Source: Sphingomonadales bacterium
GTDB taxonomy: Bacteria > Bacteroidota > Bacteroidia > UBA7662
NCBI GenBank assembly: GCA_016872215.1
Contig: VHAX01000001.1
Coordinates: 54,004 to 118,003, forward strand
Direction of reading: 5' to 3'
DNA length: 64,000 nucleotides
The notes beneath the pieces were generated by a model. It was not told the origin of the DNA, did not search any database, and saw only the letters and a program-made list of their open reading frames with translations. A program made the position numbers and the translations under genes. Shown here piece after piece: positions 54,858 through 64,000 of the stretch (its first letter is position 1; each line of letters starts with the position of its first letter).

Positions 54858-57575
54858 ATGTCATTGATCAACAGAGCTGTTTTACTACTTGTTTTATTAA
54901 ATTTCTCAACATTCCTGTGTTCAGGTCAGGAAGCGAGAATGGGCGCGTCATTAGCAACCAGATTTATTGAAAACCCAGGGCCAAACACTTGGATGAGGAT
55001 AACCGTATCCTTCAAAGAACAAGCGCCCGTATTAGATTTACTCAGGCGGTATGAACTGGATGGAACTGAGCTAAAAGTACGCGCACAAGAGGTGAACCGC
55101 GTTTGTAGTTTGCTGAGTGATCGGGTGCAGCTTCCCTTTTTGACGGATTTAGAGACAATGGGTTCGCAGGCAAACGATAATCGTCCACGTTTGATTCGCC
55201 GTTTTTGGATCGTTAATATGGTCGAGCTGGAAGTGACTATCAGGCATATAGATCTGCTGCTGCGCCACCCCGCTGTTGAGGAAATAGAACTCAGCAGCGC
55301 GTTTCAGGTCTCGCTGGTAGAACCGGTTTCGGGAAGCGCATCCCCTGAAATGCCCAATGGGAGGGAGGTAGGACTAACCGCAATAGGTGCACCCGCTCTT
55401 TGGCAAATGGGCTACTCGGGCAAAGGACGAAAAGCTATGCTGATGGACACCGGCGTTTGGCCCGATCACCCAGCCTTGAAGGGTAAATTTCTTGGCACCC
55501 GATACCCATTGTCGCACGCCTGGTTGCCCTATGATTTCGCGACACCCCGCGACAAAAACAGCAACCATGGCACACACGTAATCGGCACTGTACTCGGGCT
55601 GGATACGGCAACCCGCGATACGATCGGCGCTGCCTTCGACGCCTATTTTTTAGCGACCGACCCGATTGTGACTAACATCGCATTCGTGCGTGATTGGACC
55701 CAACTTATGGCCGCTTTTGAATGGGCACTCAACCCGGATGGTGACACCAGTACCACCCACGATATTCCGGATGTGATCAACAATTCATGGGGACGAAATA
55801 ACGCAGGATTCGATTCCCTCTGCGGGCATCCCCTGATCACCAGTGCCATGATCGCCATAGAAGCTGCTGGAATCGCCAATGTTTTTTCAACCGGAAATGA
55901 CGGACCAGGACTGGCTACAACGATAGTACCCGCCCAGGTGATCATCGACTCCCTCAATTTATTTGCGGTTGGTGCGGTTCAGGCTGCCGCTCCTGGGTAC
56001 CCTCTGGCCGGGTTTTCCAGCTGGGGGCCCTCGCGCTGCACACAAGACAGTTTTTTGATGATCAAGCCCGAAGTTTCGGCACCCGGGGTTGACGTACGCT
56101 CAGCAGACGGACCCACTGGCTACGGGATTAAATCGGGTACCAGCATGGCTTCGCCGCACGTAAGCGGTGCAGTTCTATTATTGAAAGAAGCCTTTCCCCA
56201 ACTCTCAGGGCGTCAAATTCTGAATGCCCTCTATCAATCAGCCATCGACCTTGGAGTTCCGGGTGAGGACTATCAGTATGGAAGAGGTCTCATCAACGTG
56301 CCGGCAGCCTTCCAGTTCTTGTTGCAATCTAACACTCCTCAACCTCCCGCTCGTGCATACGATTTAGCGATTGCAGGTGTAGACTCGCCCGAAACTGCGT
56401 TTTTTGGCAGTGGAGGTTGCCTGCAAACCGGCCCTATTATGCCTCCCGTGCTCATACTCCGGCAGCGTTGGCGGATCGAGGTCATGAACCGGGGCGATAG
56501 TATTTTACCCGGCTTTCGGCTGTTTATCGATATAAATGGACAAAGCGACACCATCAACCATAATAATTCAGTATTTCCAGGCCAGCGCGTACGGGTCACC
56601 ACACCCTATTTTGTACTTAATCCGCCGGCGCTGCCCACTGGGCCGGCAGGTGTACCCAATCGATTGTTGTTTCGTGCCCAAAACCTCGCAGGGATGATGG
56701 AGCGCGACACCATTAACAACCGTTGGTTTGCCGAATTCCCTACCCGCAACATTGTGGAAACTCGCTTCTATGAAGCCTTCGACAGCCTTCGAACCAACGG
56801 ACTTTATGCACATCGCATCGACGATTGGGTCATCCGGGATTTGGATGCCGACGCGAAGACCTGGCAGATTGTGCCCACAGGAGGGCGCGCAGCTCAATCG
56901 GCGTGCGTAAAGATGAAAGATTATGGTCCAGGCAACGGTCAACTCGATGAGCTGGTTTCGCCCCTGATGTGGTTCAGCCGGCCTGCCTCTGGCGCGAGCG
57001 GCACCGGAGCCTTGTCGTTCGACATAGCCTACAGCAACAGGAGTACAACCTTTAGCGATACTCTGTTTCTGGATTGGTCGACCGACTGTGGCGCAACCTA
57101 TCAACGACTATGGTTGAATGGGGGCGACAGTATGAAAACCTACAACGGACTGGTTCCTTCCGATTCCGCCCACTGGCGTCGCTGGCAGATCCCTTTACCC
57201 GACAGCCTCCTGCAACCATATCCCCTTTCAGCCCGCATTCGTTTCACCACGAAAAACGACTGGGGCGGCAATTTGTATCTGAGTAACATTCAGGTGTATT
57301 ATCAGGTTGCCAGTTTGCAGGAAGAAGATTTGTCGACCTCCCTTAAAATTTATCCAAACCCAGCCTATGCACAACTCAATGTAGTGCTACCGAATGCCCA
57401 ATGCGGGAAGCCTTTACTCTACGATGCGCTGGGAAGAATTCAGGCGGTTGAATGGAACCAAACAGATCCGGACACCTACAGGCTAAATACGCAGGGATTG
57501 CCTGTCGGCATCTATTACATCCGCTCTCATTCTAAACTCAAAACCCTTCAGGGAAAAGTGCTGATTTTCAAATGA
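54858..57575 (+). CDS. S8-family subtilisin-like serine peptidase with a T9SS C-terminal sorting domain (905 aa)
   Basis: Catalytic triad blocks MLMDTGVWPDHPAL (Asp), SNHGTHVIGTV (His) and GTSMASPHVSGAVLLLKEAFP (Ser). C-terminus KIYPNPAYAQLNVVL...GIYYIRSHSKLKTLQGKVLIFK. Confidence 0.85.
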   Translation: MSLINRAVLLLVLLNFSTFLCSGQEARMGASLATRFIENPGPNTWMRITVSFKEQAPVLDLLRRYELDGTELKVRAQEVNRVCSLLSDRVQLPFLTDLETMGSQANDNRPRLIRRFWIVNMVELEVTIRHIDLLLRHPAVEEIELSSAFQVSLVEPVSGSASPEMPNGREVGLTAIGAPALWQMGYSGKGRKAMLMDTGVWPDHPALKGKFLGTRYPLSHAWLPYDFATPRDKNSNHGTHVIGTVLGLDTATRDTIGAAFDAYFLATDPIVTNIAFVRDWTQLMAAFEWALNPDGDTSTTHDIPDVINNSWGRNNAGFDSLCGHPLITSAMIAIEAAGIANVFSTGNDGPGLATTIVPAQVIIDSLNLFAVGAVQAAAPGYPLAGFSSWGPSRCTQDSFLMIKPEVSAPGVDVRSADGPTGYGIKSGTSMASPHVSGAVLLLKEAFPQLSGRQILNALYQSAIDLGVPGEDYQYGRGLINVPAAFQFLLQSNTPQPPARAYDLAIAGVDSPETAFFGSGGCLQTGPIMPPVLILRQRWRIEVMNRGDSILPGFRLFIDINGQSDTINHNNSVFPGQRVRVTTPYFVLNPPALPTGPAGVPNRLLFRAQNLAGMMERDTINNRWFAEFPTRNIVETRFYEAFDSLRTNGLYAHRIDDWVIRDLDADAKTWQIVPTGGRAAQSACVKMKDYGPGNGQLDELVSPLMWFSRPASGASGTGALSFDIAYSNRSTTFSDTLFLDWSTDCGATYQRLWLNGGDSMKTYNGLVPSDSAHWRRWQIPLPDSLLQPYPLSARIRFTTKNDWGGNLYLSNIQVYYQVASLQEEDLSTSLKIYPNPAYAQLNVVLPNAQCGKPLLYDALGRIQAVEWNQTDPDTYRLNTQGLPVGIYYIRSHSKLKTLQGKVLIFK

Positions 57576-57621
57576 GATTAGAAAATTTTTACAAAAATAT
57601 ACTGTATTACCTCACTCTCTC

Positions 57622-60288
57622 ATGAAAAAGGAATTATTTTATTCAGGGTTATGGGTATCTGCATGCCTGCTGATACCCTTGGCTGCCGATGCCGGGCGTC
57701 CCGACCCCCTTTTGGCGCGCAGGATAGCCTCGGGCGGTTATGCAGCCGGTACTATGGTGGAGTGGGGGTTGGTTTTGTCAAGGCAAATCGATACCGACTC
57801 ACTTCGGCGGGAGATGCAGACCAACAACTATACCGCGCAGCAAAGAGCACAACGCGTCATGAGGGATGCACTTTCCCTGCAAGCCTCGACCCAACCACCA
57901 TTAATCGCTCGCTTGTCGGAACAAATCCCTTCGCTTCAAATTTCCCATGCCTTCTGGATCAGCAATATGCTGTTGATCCGGGCCGAAGCCAGTGCACTCA
58001 ATGTGCTCTTGATCGCCCCCGAAATCGATCTGATTTTTGATCCCTCCGATTATCCGACCCGTGCCACCGAGCCTGTAGAGGCCAAGGCGGAATCAGACCG
58101 TGAATCGGGAAACCCGGAGGTGCCAGGCGGGCGTGAGCCGGGACTGGATGTAATTGGTGCCCCGACCCTTTGGGCAATTGGGTACACGGGTAAAGGGAGG
58201 AAAGCGTTTACAGTAGACACGGGTACGTGGACCGAACACCCCGCGCTTGCGCACCGATTTGTAGGGAATTTCCGGCCCATCACTGAAGGCTGGTTCAGCC
58301 AGGAAAGTCGTTACCCTATTGACCGTCCGTCGCACCACGGCACCCATGTGAACGGAACCATTCTGGGTATGGATACCGCCACCCACGACACCTTGGGTGT
58401 CGCCTTCGGGGGTTATTTTATGGTGTCCAACCCGCTTACACACAGCAACCTCACACCCCTCCACATCAACTTACTCAGCTTTCAGTGGGCCATGAATCCG
58501 GATGGCGACACCAGCACATTCGATGATCTACCGGATGTGATCAACAATTCATGGGGACAGGCCGGCGCGGCCGACACTTCGTTTTGCCAGAACTGGAGCA
58601 CCCAGATTTTCAATATGGTTGAAGCGGCTGGCATAGCCATCACATTTTCAGCCGGAAACGACGGTCCGGGCGCTGCTACGCTAAAACATCCCCAATTTGT
58701 GAACACCAATCCGGTCAACATTTTCTCCATTGGAGCCGTCAATGGTAACATCGGCGGCTATCCGATTGCCGATTTTTCGAGCCGCGGCGTGAGTTTATGT
58801 GGTGGAAGCGGTTCCCTCCTGATCAAACCCGAGGTGGTGGCTCCGGGCGTGAATGTGCGTTCGGCCTACGGGAAAACGGGCTACGGCCTACTCTCTGGTA
58901 CCTCCATGAGTTGCCCCCATGTATCGGGGGCGGTCCTATTGCTCAAGGAAGCCTTTCCCCAGCTTGGGGGCGACAGCATCTTGTGGGCGCTTTATCAATC
59001 GGCAACCGATATGGGCTTAGCAGGCGAAGACAATACCTTTGGAAACGGACTCATTTCGCTGCCTGCCGCCTTTTCATATTTGGCGACACACCACACCCCA
59101 GCGCAACCAGGCGGTGGCCCCTACGACCTGGCACTGGCTCCGCTAATATTACCCACCGCAAATGGAAATATGTATTGCGCAGAGCAATTTTCAGCTGGAA
59201 TGGACGTAGGGGTGACCCTTCGCAACCAGGGTGATAGCATACTCACAAACCTGAATCTGACAGCACGCAGCGGCAGATTTCCCACGCGAAGCATTCCCGT
59301 TAACATTCAGCTTGCATATAGTCAAAACCATAGCCTGACTGTGAGTCAAATACGGATTTGGGAAGGCTGGAATGAACTATGGTTTACGGGAGAGGCCACC
59401 ACCGCACCATCCGATGCGGATCCGGTCGATAACCACCGGAGTGTCCGTTTTCTCGTTCAGGGACTCGACACACTTAACCCATTTGCCCCCAGCAATGAGG
59501 CGCACGTGGCGGCAGATGATTTGGTAGCCGACAGCCTGGTATATATTCAGAATCTCACCGACGACGATTACACCTGGGATACCGCCGCAGTCGGAGGGTT
59601 GTCGCGCGACTCATACGCCTTTCGCCTGAGGCATTTGCAATATGGAGGCCGCAACCAGCAACGCGACCGTCTCATTACCCGCAGTTATTTTACTGGTAGC
59701 GGTTCCCTCAGTAGCCTGTCGTTTAGGCGTGCCTATCTCAACCGCAACTCCGCGTTTCGCGACAGTTTGCGGGTAACTCTGGTATGTGACTGCGGGGCGG
59801 TGGAACGTACCCTATACTACAGCGGGGGTGACAGCATGCGCAGCGGCATGAATACGATGGTGCCCGACGACTCGTTGGATTGGAAACAACATTCATATGA
59901 TTTACCCGAATTGCGTTTATACCCCTGCCACATCCGGATGGAAACCATCAACGATTTTGGCGGGAATTTGTATATCGGAGATATGGGCATACAATCTCGT
60001 TTGGCGGTAAGCTGTGAAGAACAACCAGAAGCAGTTCGCCACCGACTATATCCCAACCCCTGTGGCGATGGAATTTATTTGGAGGGTCAGGATCTGCTTT
60101 CAGACCTGAGCCAAATTCGTTTGCGCGATGCTGTGGGCCGCCGACTTCCCCTTCCCTTTGCCCGGGAAGAGTCGGCCTCCTCCATAAATTTTGATACCCG
60201 GTCGTTGCCAGCAGGTCTCTATTATCTCGAAATTGACAGCCCGATGCGAGCAACCGAAGTGATACGTTTCATTCGCCTAAAACCCTAA
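57622..60288 (+). CDS. S8-family serine peptidase paralogue with a T9SS C-terminal sorting domain (888 aa)
   Basis: FTVDTGTWTEHPAL, SHHGTHVNGTI and GTSMSCPHVSGAVLLLKEAFP blocks. C-terminus RLYPNPCGDGIYLEG...GLYYLEIDSPMRATEVIRFIRLKP. Confidence 0.85.
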   Translation: MKKELFYSGLWVSACLLIPLAADAGRPDPLLARRIASGGYAAGTMVEWGLVLSRQIDTDSLRREMQTNNYTAQQRAQRVMRDALSLQASTQPPLIARLSEQIPSLQISHAFWISNMLLIRAEASALNVLLIAPEIDLIFDPSDYPTRATEPVEAKAESDRESGNPEVPGGREPGLDVIGAPTLWAIGYTGKGRKAFTVDTGTWTEHPALAHRFVGNFRPITEGWFSQESRYPIDRPSHHGTHVNGTILGMDTATHDTLGVAFGGYFMVSNPLTHSNLTPLHINLLSFQWAMNPDGDTSTFDDLPDVINNSWGQAGAADTSFCQNWSTQIFNMVEAAGIAITFSAGNDGPGAATLKHPQFVNTNPVNIFSIGAVNGNIGGYPIADFSSRGVSLCGGSGSLLIKPEVVAPGVNVRSAYGKTGYGLLSGTSMSCPHVSGAVLLLKEAFPQLGGDSILWALYQSATDMGLAGEDNTFGNGLISLPAAFSYLATHHTPAQPGGGPYDLALAPLILPTANGNMYCAEQFSAGMDVGVTLRNQGDSILTNLNLTARSGRFPTRSIPVNIQLAYSQNHSLTVSQIRIWEGWNELWFTGEATTAPSDADPVDNHRSVRFLVQGLDTLNPFAPSNEAHVAADDLVADSLVYIQNLTDDDYTWDTAAVGGLSRDSYAFRLRHLQYGGRNQQRDRLITRSYFTGSGSLSSLSFRRAYLNRNSAFRDSLRVTLVCDCGAVERTLYYSGGDSMRSGMNTMVPDDSLDWKQHSYDLPELRLYPCHIRMETINDFGGNLYIGDMGIQSRLAVSCEEQPEAVRHRLYPNPCGDGIYLEGQDLLSDLSQIRLRDAVGRRLPLPFAREESASSINFDTRSLPAGLYYLEIDSPMRATEVIRFIRLKP

Positions 60289-60296
60289 TATCCGAA

Positions 60297-61196
60297 ATGA
60301 ATTTTAATAGAATATCCGGCATCATCCTGATTTATTTGTCACTCACCAAGGGATCAGGTGCGCAATCAACGGTATATTCCCCTATGTTCCAGGAAGACGA
60401 TAAACCTCGATCGACTCCTGAGCTAATGGCGCAATTAGATAGCCTTATAAGTTTCGCAGTTGGCACCGACAATCTCCCAATTCGTAATCAGGCCAACTAC
60501 ATGGCCATCCGAACCTTGATTCAGATCTTAACGCTGCCCTCCAACTACTCACTTTCGTTCGACTCCATCCAATCCCTATCCGTATTGGACGCACCCGATC
60601 AAACTTTTCGTTTGTTTACCTGGGTGGTGCCCCAGGAACCCGGTAGTTGGCGGCATTTCGGTTGTGTGCTCACCCACGAAAAAAAGCCGAGAGTCATTGG
60701 GTTGATCGACCAAAGCGACAAATACCTCGACCGCAACGACACTTCTTTCGGTTCAGTGGCCTGGTATGGTCAAATTTACTATGCGATTGTACCCAAAACC
60801 CAAAAATATTCGGGACAAACATGCTACACCCTATTGGGTTTTGATCATCACGAGCCGTTTTCACGCCGCAAAATGATTGACTTTCTTTGGTTTGATGATG
60901 CGGGAGATGTGCATTTTGGTGCCCCTTTACTAGAAACAGAGGAAAAAGACTATTACCGTTACTGGATTGAATATTCATCGGAAGCATCCGCTTCCCTTCG
61001 TTATGATGAAGTATTACAGGCCATTGTTTTTGATTATCTGGCACCACGAAATCCCCGTAACAGAGGATTGTATTTTGATTATGTACCGGATGGAACCTTC
61101 GATGCATTCCTGTTCAGAAAAAAAGCCTGGGAATTCAGGGCAGATGTGGATGCCCGGTTGAAAAGTGTTAAAGGCGAAGCCCGTAGGAAACCTTAA
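60297..61196 (+). CDS. Secreted protein of unknown function (299 aa), 8 nt downstream of the second S8 protease
   Basis: Signal peptide MNFNRISGIILIYLSLTKGSGAQS. No recognisable family. Confidence 0.45.
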   Translation: MNFNRISGIILIYLSLTKGSGAQSTVYSPMFQEDDKPRSTPELMAQLDSLISFAVGTDNLPIRNQANYMAIRTLIQILTLPSNYSLSFDSIQSLSVLDAPDQTFRLFTWVVPQEPGSWRHFGCVLTHEKKPRVIGLIDQSDKYLDRNDTSFGSVAWYGQIYYAIVPKTQKYSGQTCYTLLGFDHHEPFSRRKMIDFLWFDDAGDVHFGAPLLETEEKDYYRYWIEYSSEASASLRYDEVLQAIVFDYLAPRNPRNRGLYFDYVPDGTFDAFLFRKKAWEFRADVDARLKSVKGEARRKP

Positions 61197-61199
61197 TGT

Positions 61200-61345
61200 G
61201 CACACAAATTCCCTATCGCTCCCCTTCGCTCATTATTATACTTTGTTAGTATATTGTTTCCCACTACATTATTGTACCCCATTACCTAATTATACTCCAT
61301 TATACCCACTTGTTTGTAGCCACGGAATTAACGGCATGGCATCAC
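61200..61345. repeat. Low-complexity CATTAT/TACC-rich convergent intergenic tract
   Basis: cattattatactttgttagtatattgtttcccactacattattgtaccccattacctaattatactccattataccc: degenerate direct repeats of (C)CATTAT(T/A)...TACC units between the 61196 stop and the 61363 stop. Confidence 0.4.
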
Positions 61346-61362
61346 AGGCCAAACCATTACCT

Positions 61363-62115
61363 TTATTTACGCATCCATGATAAAATTATACCCCCGGCGA
61401 CAGCAGCATTCAGCGACTCGGCCTTGCCATATCCAGGGATGCTGATTCTGGAGGTGCAATGGGCCATCCATTCATGATTCAATCCCTCCGACTCATTGCC
61501 CAGCAGGAGTAGTCCACCCCCTTCGAAATTAATTGCCGGAAGATTTGTTCCCTTCAAGGTAGTGGCATACACGGGGATGCCCGACAAGTATTTCAGACAG
61601 TCGGCGGGGTCACTTTCCGCCACAGGAACGCGAAAAACCGAACCCATAGAGGCCTGAATACACTTGGCATTCCACGGGTCGGCCGTCCCTGGCGCGCACC
61701 AAACGCCCTCTACGCCAAACCAATCGGCAATCCGCAGGAGAGTCCCGAGGTTACCGGCATCACGGATTCTGTCGAGGTACAACCAAATGCTCCCCGAATC
61801 TGGTTTATAGGCCGGCAAAGAGATCTGCCTGATGTCAAAAACACCAACGACAGGGGGGGGTGAACTCAGCTGACTGATCCGATCCATATCCGAATCACCC
61901 AGCCATATACACTCTGAGCCCGTAAATCCTTCCGGTATGGGGATCAAAGGATGTCGATCATACCAGCTGCGGCGAACAAATAAAAAATGGCATTTTAGTC
62001 CCGCTCCTATGGCCTCGGCAACCACCTTCTCCCCTTCTGCCAGAAAAAGACCGTTCCCGAGTCGGTTTTTTCTATGGTGCAATGAAGCCGCTATCTTTAA
62101 GGCCGACTTAGACAT
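61363..62115 (-). CDS. TrmH/SpoU-family RNA 2'-O-methyltransferase
   Basis: Start at the ATG 62115 (MSKSALKIAASLHHRKNRLGNGLFLAEGEKVV). C-terminal SpoU block LLLLGNESEGLNHEWMAHCTSRISIPGYGKAESLNAAVAGGIIL. Confidence 0.75.
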   Translation of the reverse strand: MSKSALKIAASLHHRKNRLGNGLFLAEGEKVVAEAIGAGLKCHFLFVRRSWYDRHPLIPIPEGFTGSECIWLGDSDMDRISQLSSPPPVVGVFDIRQISLPAYKPDSGSIWLYLDRIRDAGNLGTLLRIADWFGVEGVWCAPGTADPWNAKCIQASMGSVFRVPVAESDPADCLKYLSGIPVYATTLKGTNLPAINFEGGGLLLLGNESEGLNHEWMAHCTSRISIPGYGKAESLNAAVAGGIILSWMRK

Positions 62116-64000
62116 GTGCGAATTGTTCAAAAAAGCTTGGTGGGCCGTCCTTATGACAGGGATGCTGGCAGGCACAAGCGGGTGTAAAGTAACGAACTAT
62201 CTGGAACCCGACGAAGAGTGGGTCACGAGAAATCGGGTGACTGGTCTCTCTCCTGCTCAGCGGGAAGACGTGGCCCCACTCCTGCGCCACAAGCCCAACC
62301 GCCGATTTCTGGGTGTGGCTGCCGCCAGGGCCTGGTGGGATGTGCGTGCGCGCACACCAGGCCGCAGTAAGTTGTCGCAATTCCTCGCCCGTCGCCTGGG
62401 CGAGTCACCCAACGTTTTTCAGCAAGGTTACCTCGATGAAAGTCTGGTAAACCTCCGGTATTACTTAGCCGACAAAGGCTATTTCCGCTCGAAACTAGAG
62501 GTTACCAAAAAGCCTACGGGCAAGCAGAAAATAGAAATTCAATACCATATTGAACTGGGTGATAGATCTGTTTTTGGTGATTTTGCGGTTGCCTATGCGG
62601 GTGATAGCATCGACCCGTATCTGCGCTTTGCAATGTCGCGTCCTGAACATTTCAGGCTCAAAAAGGGCGATCCCTACGACGTGGATTTATTGGATGAACA
62701 ACGAACACACATCACTTCCTTTTTGCGCAATTCCGGATTCTATTACCTAAACAAGGATATGCTTTTTTATCGGGCAGATACTCTTAATTCCCAAAATATT
62801 TCCGACTCATCGGTCAAAATCACAGCTCCGGTAGTGAACATTACCCTGAAGATCAGAATGCCCCCCAATCCTCAGCTTTTGCAACCCTACACAGTCGAAC
62901 AATTGAATATCAAAGTCAATCCGCCGGTTGGCTCAGAAGTCAAACAAGTGGAATGCGATAGCCTGAAAATTGATAGTGCAGTCCGGGTGGTGGATTGCAA
63001 TGGTCAAAGCCTGAAACCCGATGAATGGAAGCGATACCTGAGCCTTCGTCCACCCACCCGATTTTCAGAGCAGGACATTCGTGGAGTGCAGCAACGTCTC
63101 TCAGATCTTCGAATTTTTTCGTACACCAATCTGCGGGTAGAGGCAACCGACAGCCTTCGTCTCGTTCGACTTTTTTGGGAAGGCAACCTCGCTACCCGAA
63201 GGCAGTTGCGACAGGAAACAGAAGTTACGAGTAGCAGCGTTTCGCTTCTGGGTCTTGCATTCAGTTTGAGTCAGACACGACGAAATCTATGGCGATCGGC
63301 TGGCATGCTGGAAATCAAGGGGAATGTGGGCGCTGAATCGCAGCAGTTTGCGGGAAATACTCCCGCTACTTCAACGGGAATCGTTTTCAATACGCTCGAA
63401 CTGGGAATGGGATTGGCACTTAGCCTGCCCCGGCTCAGTATGCCTCTTCGGTCGCTGTCCATCGTGAATTTACACGACCCCCGAAGCCGATTGCAATTGC
63501 AATATTCCCGTCAGGTCCGCCCTGATTTTTCACGCGAGGTACTTCGTTCATCCGCTGCCTGGCTGTGGACAAACCATGTGCGTGAGCGCTATGAGCTGGT
63601 TCCTGTTGAGATCTCCCTGGCCAGAACTTCCGGCAAAAGCACTTATCTCGATTCACTGTTGCAGACACTCAACGACCCCTTTTTACGCTTCAGTTTCACA
63701 AACTACATCAATCTGGCAAGTCATTTCTCCTACACCAGCGATCATTTGTCGAAACACGGAAAACTCACCCGTGCGAACATCGAGTTTTCCGGGAATCTGT
63801 TGAGCCAGGTTCTTCGCGTTTTTCCGGCACTCACCACTCAGGAGAATGGTATTTTTGGGAATACGCCCTACTTTCGCTACATTCGAGGCGATCTGGAATA
63901 CCGCCGCTATTTCAGGCAAAACGAAGAAAACCTGCTCGCAACACGGATTTTCGTAGGCTTGGGCCTTCCGTTGGGCATTTCAAACATCCTGCCACTGGAA
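62114..64000 (+). CDS. Omp85 (BamA/TamA)-family outer-membrane protein with a lipoprotein-type signal; partial, running off the right edge
   Basis: Not in the ORF track because there is no stop in the window. I checked the frame codon by codon from ATG 62114 (MCELFKKAWWAVLMTGMLAGTSGC...) up to about 62580 and found no stop. The remaining ~1.4 kb to position 64000 was only skimmed for stop codons. POTRA-like blocks: LVNLRYYLADKGYFRSKLEV, KIEIQYHIELGDRSVFGDFAV. Confidence 0.45.
   Translation, partial: MCELFKKAWWAVLMTGMLAGTSGCKVTNYLEPDEEWVTRNRVTGLSPAQREDVAPLLRHKPNRRFLGVAAARAWWDVRARTPGRSKLSQFLARRLGESPNVFQQGYLDESLVNLRYYLADKGYFRSKLEVTKKPTGKQKIEIQYHIELGDRSVFGDFAVAYAGDSIDPYLRFAMSRPEHFRLKKGDPYDVDLLDEQRTHITSFLRNSGFYYLNKDMLFYRADTLNSQNISDSSVKITAPVVNITLKIRMPPNPQLLQPYTVEQLNIKVNPPVGSEVKQVECDSLKIDSAVRVVDCNGQSLKPDEWKRYLSLRPPTRFSEQDIRGVQQRLSDLRIFSYTNLRVEATDSLRLVRLFWEGNLATRRQLRQETEVTSSSVSLLGLAFSLSQTRRNLWRSAGMLEIKGNVGAESQQFAGNTPATSTGIVFNTLELGMGLALSLPRLSMPLRSLSIVNLHDPRSRLQLQYSRQVRPDFSREVLRSSAAWLWTNHVRERYELVPVEISLARTSGKSTYLDSLLQTLNDPFLRFSFTNYINLASHFSYTSDHLSKHGKLTRANIEFSGNLLSQVLRVFPALTTQENGIFGNTPYFRYIRGDLEYRRYFRQNEENLLATRIFVGLGLPLGISNILPLE

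Overview
This 64 kb window looks like chromosomal DNA from a Bacteroidota-type genome, with about 50 densely packed genes and a GC content I estimate at roughly 55%. Evidence for the phylum: many proteins end in type IX secretion (T9SS) C-terminal sorting domains, the Na+-NQR genes nqrABCDEF are present, and TAnnTTTG promoter-like motifs occur. The ORF track accepts GTG/TTG starts and prints them as M, so several starts below are re-placed on internal ATGs and remain tentative.

Housekeeping genes that are well supported by the sequence:
- valS, sucC and the complete nqrABCDEF operon.
- tmRNA (ssrA, 687-1093) and tRNA-Leu(GAG).
- An ABC-F ATPase and a thiolase.
- mltG, a YihY-family membrane protein, a YbgC-type thioesterase and a TrmH/SpoU methyltransferase.

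Accessory content worth attention:
1. A ~12.8 kb block lies between ssrA and tRNA-Leu. It contains a DUF4397 T9SS cargo protein and two giant tandem T9SS surface proteins. The first (1305 aa) has four MBG/YDG-type repeats. The second (1388 aa) carries a dockerin-like module and a cohesin-like module in the same chain.
2. A secreted 7-haem c-type cytochrome is fused to a TPR tail and ends 5 nt upstream of mltG.
3. A 7.4 kb minus-strand operon encodes, in order: a BatA/vWA membrane protein, a dihydroorotase-like amidohydrolase whose first His-x-His metal motif is replaced, an acidic hypothetical protein, two DUF4199 paralogues, a GT2 and a GT4 glycosyltransferase.
4. A tsaC/yrdC gene is split across two reading frames and has no in-frame ATG, so it is a probable pseudogene.
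5. An HU-SPOR protein contains three in-frame 30 bp tandem repeats and sits in an operon with a beta-barrel outer-membrane protein and a 1026 aa TPR protein.
6. Two tandem S8 protease paralogues carrying T9SS domains are followed 8 nt later by a secreted protein of unknown function.
7. Also present: a PIN-PhoH (PhoH2) ATPase, and a possible DUF5103/T9SS-plug-like protein.

I found no integrase, transposase or CRISPR array. No database searches were possible, so every family assignment rests on motif-level recognition only.
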